Below the pieces are notes generated by a model that saw only the letters and a list, made by a program, of their open reading frames with translations, was not told the origin of the DNA and made no database searches. From Chloroflexota bacterium (GTDB taxonomy: Bacteria; Chloroflexota; UBA11872; VXOZ01), in contig OZ219802.1 of NCBI GenBank assembly GCA_964291655.2, positions 1,792,001 to 1,856,000 of the forward strand: DNA of 64,000 nucleotides, written 5' to 3'. Both the position numbers and the translations under genes were made by a program. This document shows, in pieces, positions 58,073-64,000 of the stretch. Within the stretch, counting starts at the first letter, position 1. Each line of letters opens with the position of its first letter.

Positions 58073-59464
58073 CTAAACAGCGCGCACGAAACTGAGATCT
58101 TTGACCACATCGAGAATCGCAGAGAAGATTGGTGATGGGTAGATGCCCAATCCGCAACAGAGCAGGGCAACGAGCACGGCCATAATTGAGCCGGAACGCG
58201 AGAAGGGGCTGATCCTGCCGGGTATCTGAACCGGCTGGAGGCAGGCGCGGAGCGCCCGCGCATACGCGAGCATCAGCAGTCCGCTCCCCGCGAGGAGTGT
58301 GAAAAGAAACCATTCACCCTGTTGCGAAGCGGCTTGAAAGACAAGCCAGCGACCGGGAAAGCTGGCAAAGCCCGGCACACCGACAATGGAAAAGCTGCCC
58401 ACGATGAACGCAAGGGTAAGCAAGGGAGCGCGGGACGTCAGCCCGGCCAACTGCGCAAAGGAAGCGCCGCCGAGACGCTCCTCGATCACGCCGACAAGAA
58501 TGGCGAGCAAGAAGAGCGCCGCCGCCATTGCCAGCGCCTGATAGAGAATGCCCGTAACCGCCAATGCCGAGCGAGAGGCAACCCCTATGATGATAAAGCC
58601 GCTCGCGCTCACCGTGGAATAGCCCAGGAGTCCGCGCAGGTCATTGGTGCTGAATGCCAGAAGCGCCCCAAGCAGGACCGTGGCTAGTCCGCCCAAGGCG
58701 GCCACGGCGTTCAACTGCGCGTCGTTGGAAAGCCACGGAAACGTGGCCATCACCGAAACCAAGAATGTCGTCGTTGCGGTATGCAGAATTGCGGCGATCA
58801 AGATGAACCCCATCACCGGCGCGCGATACGCTACGTCCGGTAGCCAAAAGTAGAGCGGCGCGGCGGCCAGCAGAGTGCCGAAGCCCACGGCAAGCACGGC
58901 GGCAATGGCGCGTACACTGAGTTCCGTCTCGGGACTCACGCGATATTGGTCTACCAACAGGAGGCCCAGCACAATCAGCGCGCCCCCAATCGTCATCATG
59001 AGCGCATAGCGAATCACGGTAACGCCTATGCGTTGCGTCGGCACTGTGCCCAAGATGCCCATGGCCGCCACAACGTGCGCTAACTGCAGCAAAGCCGCGG
59101 CAACGACGTAGCGCGTATAGATCATTGCCGCGGCAATCAGGACTGCCGCCAAGACGCACGTGGTTGCGGGAAAGAACTCTCCTTGGCTGCGTATTAAGTG
59201 AAACACCAGAGTGAGTGCAAGTAGCCCAGTGATTGCAAGCAATGGCAAACGGGCCCTGGCGTCAAGCTGTATCGTGAAAGTCAGAATAGAGCTGCCGGAA
59301 TCGGTGTCCAAGACCATTGCCAGCAAGAATGTAACGACGAGCGCGCTAAGGGCAACCAGCCCTGAAAACGCCGTCCAGCGCCGAAAGAGAATGGCTAGCC
59401 CCGCCGCGCCAATAGGGACGATGAGCAAGTGCAATGGTGTTGTTAGCACGCTATCTGCTAGCAT
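58073..59464 (-). CDS. Proton-conducting membrane transporter family subunit (NuoN/MrpD/HyfF-like, degenerate)
   Basis: Multi-TM; APLYFWLPDV..AP, LLGYST, SIVGVPGFASF. Confidence 0.85.
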   Translation of the reverse strand: MLADSVLTTPLHLLIVPIGAAGLAILFRRWTAFSGLVALSALVVTFLLAMVLDTDSGSSILTFTIQLDARARLPLLAITGLLALTLVFHLIRSQGEFFPATTCVLAAVLIAAAMIYTRYVVAAALLQLAHVVAAMGILGTVPTQRIGVTVIRYALMMTIGGALIVLGLLLVDQYRVSPETELSVRAIAAVLAVGFGTLLAAAPLYFWLPDVAYRAPVMGFILIAAILHTATTTFLVSVMATFPWLSNDAQLNAVAALGGLATVLLGALLAFSTNDLRGLLGYSTVSASGFIIIGVASRSALAVTGILYQALAMAAALFLLAILVGVIEERLGGASFAQLAGLTSRAPLLTLAFIVGSFSIVGVPGFASFPGRWLVFQAASQQGEWFLFTLLAGSGLLMLAYARALRACLQPVQIPGRISPFSRSGSIMAVLVALLCCGLGIYPSPIFSAILDVVKDLSFVRAV

Positions 59465-60044
59465 CCCGCTCCAATACGCCCTCGAACTCGATGATCTGCA
59501 CCAGAGTTGCCAAGAAGCCTACCCCGACCAGCACCAAGCCTTGCACCGTTAACAATGCCATGCCTTGTTCACCGAGGAACAAGCAGATCGTAAAGTCCAG
59601 TCCATTGACGACGAGCAACACTCCCATGCTCATACCAAAGATGCTGGTACGCAGCACCACCGCAAAGAAACCAAGCAGGAGCACGGCTGCCGCAGCCATA
59701 GCGGCAATTTGGGGGATTAACGCCGGAATGCGCTCAGCCAGCAGATACGCTGCCAGAATGCCGAGGGCGGCGACGCCTATCAGCGTGGGAGTCTCAAATA
59801 TGGACTGGTTTTGCAGTGGTCGCTCCCGCTCCACCCACAAAGCTGCGGCAAGCATGGTGGCGACAGTGAGACCAATGATGATGCGCGTGACACCTACAAC
59901 CGTCCCTGTGTAGGCCATGAGCAGAAGAGAGGTGCCGAGAAATGTGGCGACAAGTCCAACGTAAACCGCGAGCCACTGGCGCACCGCCAATACCGTACAG
60001 GCACCGGCAAGGAGAATTGCGAGCGTGTAGTGTTCCCAGCTCAC
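59451..60044 (-). CDS. Small multi-TM membrane subunit (possibly HyfE or NuoJ/K-like)
   Basis: GTG start overlapping the upstream TGA (GTGA); about 6-7 hydrophobic helices; overlaps the start of the downstream gene. Confidence 0.65.
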   Translation of the reverse strand: MSWEHYTLAILLAGACTVLAVRQWLAVYVGLVATFLGTSLLLMAYTGTVVGVTRIIIGLTVATMLAAALWVERERPLQNQSIFETPTLIGVAALGILAAYLLAERIPALIPQIAAMAAAAVLLLGFFAVVLRTSIFGMSMGVLLVVNGLDFTICLFLGEQGMALLTVQGLVLVGVGFLATLVQIIEFEGVLERDASR

Positions 60045-61915
60045 GAGGCAATCCCTTGCGTTTCCAGAAGCAGGACGAGAAGCCCGAATATGGCGAGCAT
60101 TGCGATTGCAATGTAATAGCGCCGCTCCGCCGCGGCGGAGGTTCTGCCGAGAAACGCCAAGCAACGTCCCAAGAGCAGAAGCAGGCCGTTAGGCGGCACG
60201 AGAAGGCGGTCCGCAGCGCCGCCGATTGTCCGGGTTATGGATGCCAGTTGCCGCCGATCCCGAGGATGCATGCGCCGCAAGAGCACTACGGCAATCACAC
60301 CGACGCCGCCTACCAGTGCCGTAGAGAGCGTGCTCGGCACCAAATGCGCAGCCCAAGAGAACGTCGCCTGATCCGACATAGTGGCGTGGCTTATCGTCGT
60401 GACCGCCGGCCAGACAAGTACGGGAAACTGCCACTGCAGTACTGCCATGACAGTTCCCCCTGCGACAAGAAGCCACACGAGACTTCCCTGGCCGAGCAAG
60501 ACTTCCGCTCTGCGCACCGAGGTGAGTGGTGGATTGACAAAGAGGCGCTGCATCCAGCGCCCAAAGGTAACGATAACTGTGATACCAAAGAGGACTATAA
60601 GAGCCTGCAGGGGAATTGCCCAGGTCTCTCTATCAATTGCCAAGTAGAGGAATGAACGCGAAGCGGCGCTCAAGGGGAGAACCACTCCTGCGAGCGCTGC
60701 AATGCCGATAACTACGGCGGCTGCCGGCAACGCCCAAATGGCGCGCTGACTCTGGCGGTGTATCGCCAAGAGCGACGGCCCCGCCGCCGCGACCAGCGCC
60801 ATGCCGATGCCCCCACTGAAGACGATCAGCGCCGCCGCGGCGATGGCCTGGTAGGTGCCTACGGCGACCGCCACGGCGATGAGGCCGGCGTGGCCGATCC
60901 AATTAACGGCGAGCAGAGAGGCGAGCCTGCCTAATGCGAGCATTGCGGCAATCGATAGCGCCAAGCTCAGACCGCCGACAATGAGCAACGGATTCGCCCA
61001 CGGAAGGAACGGCTCCGGACCGGAGAGCACGAGAAACCGCGCGACTACGTACATGGTTCCTAGCAGCATGATACCCGCCACATTCGCGTAAATTGGCGCG
61101 AGATGACTGCGCAGGGAGGCCGCCCAACCGTGAAAGGGAGGCCAACTTGCTCGAGCGGCCACGGAGGCCAATACGAGACCCACGACCAATGCATCGAAGG
61201 CGCCGGAAGGAATGTCGCCGTAGAGATATTGGTCGCTCCGGCGAGAAATGATAAGAATTGCCGCAAGCAGACCGTAACCGGAAAAGTGGCTCACCATGAG
61301 CAAGCGCACCGCCGCCGCACTTACCTGCGGGCGTTCTTCCCGGGGTAATACGGCCAGGAAGTAACTGGTCAAGCCCAGCGCTTCCCAAAACACGTAGAGA
61401 AAGAGCAGGTTCTCGGAGAGCACCAAGCCCCCGTAGGCGCAGAGCGTGAGAAGGATGCAAGCGTAAGCTCTACCCATTTGATCTCGCGGGAGATGCGCCG
61501 CCGGAAGAATCCAAAGAAAGCAGAGCAATATCGCTGCGCCAAGCCAGAGAAAGAGCAGGCTTACGGAGTCGAGCCGAAAGGCCAGCACGATTGCATTATT
61601 GAGGAGCGAGAGCCAGGGTCCGACTTCGACTTCCCACGGCGCTTCGGCGCCAAGCGCCGCGTAGACGCTGATCTGCACGAGGAGCCCGGCAATGGCAACC
61701 GTGGCAACAATGGGATATACCTCAATCCATGTGTTGGAGAGACGGAGCGCAACCACGAGCGGTCTCAGCCAACGCCACCGTAGCAAGCGTTGCTGCAGCC
61801 ACGTGCTTCCCCGCACGACATAGTCGGCGCCGATGAATAGCAAGCTGAGGCCGAGGAACACCGCCGCCGGCCCAAACAGCCAGGGGTGCGGCACACTAAA
61901 GAAGAGATTCTGCAC
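60041..61915 (-). CDS. NuoL/MrpA/HyfB-like membrane subunit (degenerate)
   Basis: FRLDSVSLLF, ENLLFLYVFWEALGLTSYFL, PPFHGW. Confidence 0.82.
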   Translation of the reverse strand: MQNLFFSVPHPWLFGPAAVFLGLSLLFIGADYVVRGSTWLQQRLLRWRWLRPLVVALRLSNTWIEVYPIVATVAIAGLLVQISVYAALGAEAPWEVEVGPWLSLLNNAIVLAFRLDSVSLLFLWLGAAILLCFLWILPAAHLPRDQMGRAYACILLTLCAYGGLVLSENLLFLYVFWEALGLTSYFLAVLPREERPQVSAAAVRLLMVSHFSGYGLLAAILIISRRSDQYLYGDIPSGAFDALVVGLVLASVAARASWPPFHGWAASLRSHLAPIYANVAGIMLLGTMYVVARFLVLSGPEPFLPWANPLLIVGGLSLALSIAAMLALGRLASLLAVNWIGHAGLIAVAVAVGTYQAIAAAALIVFSGGIGMALVAAAGPSLLAIHRQSQRAIWALPAAAVVIGIAALAGVVLPLSAASRSFLYLAIDRETWAIPLQALIVLFGITVIVTFGRWMQRLFVNPPLTSVRRAEVLLGQGSLVWLLVAGGTVMAVLQWQFPVLVWPAVTTISHATMSDQATFSWAAHLVPSTLSTALVGGVGVIAVVLLRRMHPRDRRQLASITRTIGGAADRLLVPPNGLLLLLGRCLAFLGRTSAAAERRYYIAIAMLAIFGLLVLLLETQGIAS

Positions 61916-62079
61916 GGCCTCTGCGCTTTCGATCTGCAGTGAGGAGGCTGCTCCCTACCCATGCAGCAAGGATTCGCCGACTGTCTGCTCTCAATTGTAC
62001 TGCGGGCCCTAGGCCGCGCGCCCCTGGCGCGCGGAGTCTTCCTATAGCTCTCTCAGAAATAGGTAGCAAAGCAAGGGTA

Positions 62080-63543
62080 TCAGACGCGAAAATACTCTTG
62101 CCAGCGGCGCGTCACCAGTTCCTCGATCTCCGGACTCATCACGATGTCTTCCGGCCACTCGCGGGTAAAGCCCTCTTCCGCAGTCTTGCGGGTGGCATCC
62201 ACGCCCAACTTTCCGCCATAGTTCGGCAGCGGCGCCGCGTGGTCGAGCGAATCCACTGGCCCTTCTACAATCACCGTATCCCGCTTCCAATCGACGTTGT
62301 TCCCCATGCGGAAGAGCACTTCGGACGTATCCTGCACGTCAATGTCGTCATCTACCACCACAATGAGCTTGACGCACATCATCTGATGCAGGCTCCAGAG
62401 CGCGTACATCGTCTTGCGGGCGTGACCGGGAAAGCGCTTCTTAATGGAAACGAAGACGATATTGTGAAAGACGCCTTCGTCCGGCAGGGCAATGTCATGG
62501 ACCTCCGGGACCATCATCTTGATGAGCGGCAGGAAGATGCGCTCGGTGGCTTTGCCCATGTAGAGGTCTTCCATCGGCGGGCGGCCTACGATGATGGTGA
62601 CGTACATCGGGTCGCGCCGGTGCGTAATGGCCGTAATGTGAAAGACAGGGTACTGGTCCGCTATCGAGTAATAGCCCGTGTGGTCGCCAAATGGACCCTC
62701 AGTCGCGTATTCGCCGGGTTCCACGTAGCCCTCGAGCACAATCTCGCTATTGGCGGGCACCATCACGTCCACGGTCTTGCCCTTGACGAGTTGCACCGGC
62801 CCGCCGCGCAAGAATCCGGCAAAGAGAAACTCATCGATGCCTTGCGGCAGCGGCGCGGTGCCGGAATACACCGCCGCCGGTTCCGCGCCGAGCGCCACCG
62901 CCAGTTGCAGCCGTTCCTTCTTTTCCACGCTGTCGTCGTAGTGCTCGCGCCCGCCTTTGTGCCGCTGCCAGTGCATGGCTGTGGTGTTCTTGCTGAGCAC
63001 CTGCATGCGGTAGCAGCCCACGTTGCGCTTGCCGGTATTCGGATCATAGCTGCACACGAGCGGCAGGGTGATATATTTCCCCGCATCCAGCGGCCAGCAT
63101 TTGATGATCGGCAGCATGCCCAGGTCCACCTCGTCGCCGGTCAGCACGACCTCCTGGCAGGGCGCAGAATTCACTACCTTCGGCGCAATGCGCGACAATT
63201 TGAACAGTTCGCCGCCGGCCTGCAATTTGGCGGCGAGTCCTTCCGGCGGGCCGCCCAGCGCGATGCCCAGGAGGTTCTCCAGCTTCTGCGGCAGCTCTTC
63301 CCACGAATCAGACCCGAGCGCCCACGCCGTGCGTTGCTCCGAGCCAAAGGTGTTGATGAGCAGCGGGATGTCCGAGCCCTGTACGTTCTCGAAGAGCAGC
63401 GCGGGCCCTCCCGCTTTGGTGACGCGGTCGGTTATCTCCGTAATCTCTAGCTCGGGGTCTACCGGCGCCGTAATGCGCTGTAACTCCCCTTTGCCTTCAA
63501 GGAACGCGACGTATTCGCGGAGGTCTTTGAACGTGGGTGGCAT
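62080..63543 (-). CDS. ubiD: UbiD-family prFMN-dependent decarboxylase (menaquinone-biosynthesis type)
   Basis: LEITEITDR, GPALLF, EIVLEG, EGPFGDHTGYY, GRPPMED, DATRK. Confidence 0.9.
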   Translation of the reverse strand: MPPTFKDLREYVAFLEGKGELQRITAPVDPELEITEITDRVTKAGGPALLFENVQGSDIPLLINTFGSEQRTAWALGSDSWEELPQKLENLLGIALGGPPEGLAAKLQAGGELFKLSRIAPKVVNSAPCQEVVLTGDEVDLGMLPIIKCWPLDAGKYITLPLVCSYDPNTGKRNVGCYRMQVLSKNTTAMHWQRHKGGREHYDDSVEKKERLQLAVALGAEPAAVYSGTAPLPQGIDEFLFAGFLRGGPVQLVKGKTVDVMVPANSEIVLEGYVEPGEYATEGPFGDHTGYYSIADQYPVFHITAITHRRDPMYVTIIVGRPPMEDLYMGKATERIFLPLIKMMVPEVHDIALPDEGVFHNIVFVSIKKRFPGHARKTMYALWSLHQMMCVKLIVVVDDDIDVQDTSEVLFRMGNNVDWKRDTVIVEGPVDSLDHAAPLPNYGGKLGVDATRKTAEEGFTREWPEDIVMSPEIEELVTRRWQEYFRV

Positions 63544-63661
63544 CTGAGGTGTGCATTCCTCCTAAAATGTTTCGCGCCAAGCCTGACTCGTGCTCCGACA
63601 CGGGGAGGCGGGGGACAAGCCTCCGCGCTACTCCCCTGGGAGCCGCCAGTTCCGTCATTCC

Positions 63662-63914
63662 TGTATGTGTTGAGCAATTCGCTGACAGAAGCTTCTACTC
63701 ACTGGACTGTGTCGAATGTACATGTCATTCCGAGCGCAGCGAGGAATCTAGGGTCCATGCTTCACACAGTACACTGGCTTCAGCACTCTAGATTCCGCGC
63801 TAAGAGCGACACTTGGCTTCGCTCCGTTCGGAATGACATGTATGCAGGCAAGCGCAGAGTTTTGCTCCCGTAATTCTTCTATCAAATCTGTCAACGAATT
63901 ACCTGACTCTTACA
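63662..63914. mobile_element. TGT...ACA MITE (253 bp) inserted in a GTCATTCC repeat
   Basis: Ends TGTATGTGTTGAGCAATTCGCTGACAGA / TCTGTCAACGAATTACCTGACTCTTACA; ATTCC at 63657-61 and 63915-19; the reconstructed empty site is CGTCATTCCGGCGAAAGCCGGAATCCA. Confidence 0.87.
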
Positions 63915-64000
63915 ATTCCGGCGAAAGCCGGAATCCATCTTTTCTTCGTTCCATACGCCCCCAACCCACTGCGGGGGACAAGCCCCCGCGCTACGGTTAA

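Overview
This is a GC-rich bacterial chromosome segment. Chloroflexota-like origin is an inference from gene content (smc, rny, spoVS, Tat-lipoprotein SBPs, sulfatase, Gfo/Idh/MocA enzymes, no outer-membrane genes). It carries three housekeeping blocks: nusA-ylxR-infB-rbfA-nrnA-truB-ribF, fabF-accB-bioY/acpP-SDR/rnc-smc-PASTA protein, and rny-spoVS. It also holds catabolic and transport genes (livGFHM, ABC exporter, duplicated SBPs, duplicated deacetylases, Ada-like protein), a cobalamin-binding XRE regulator divergent from a fasciclin gene, and a UbiD gene followed by three complex-I/Mrp-like membrane subunits with altered charged residues. The most striking signal is intergenic: a nested set of short palindromic repeats used as specific insertion sites. 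A CCCTCTCC-N4/5-GGAGAGGG hairpin receives IS481 copies, 288-bp IS481-derived MITEs, an IS1182 and GAGACC...GGTCTC mini-elements, whose ends stack into polar, array-like tracts. A second repeat (GTCATTCC...) receives a separate TGT...ACA MITE with an ATTCC duplication. No rRNA, tRNA or CRISPR-Cas was seen. All annotation is by eye; no database searches were run.
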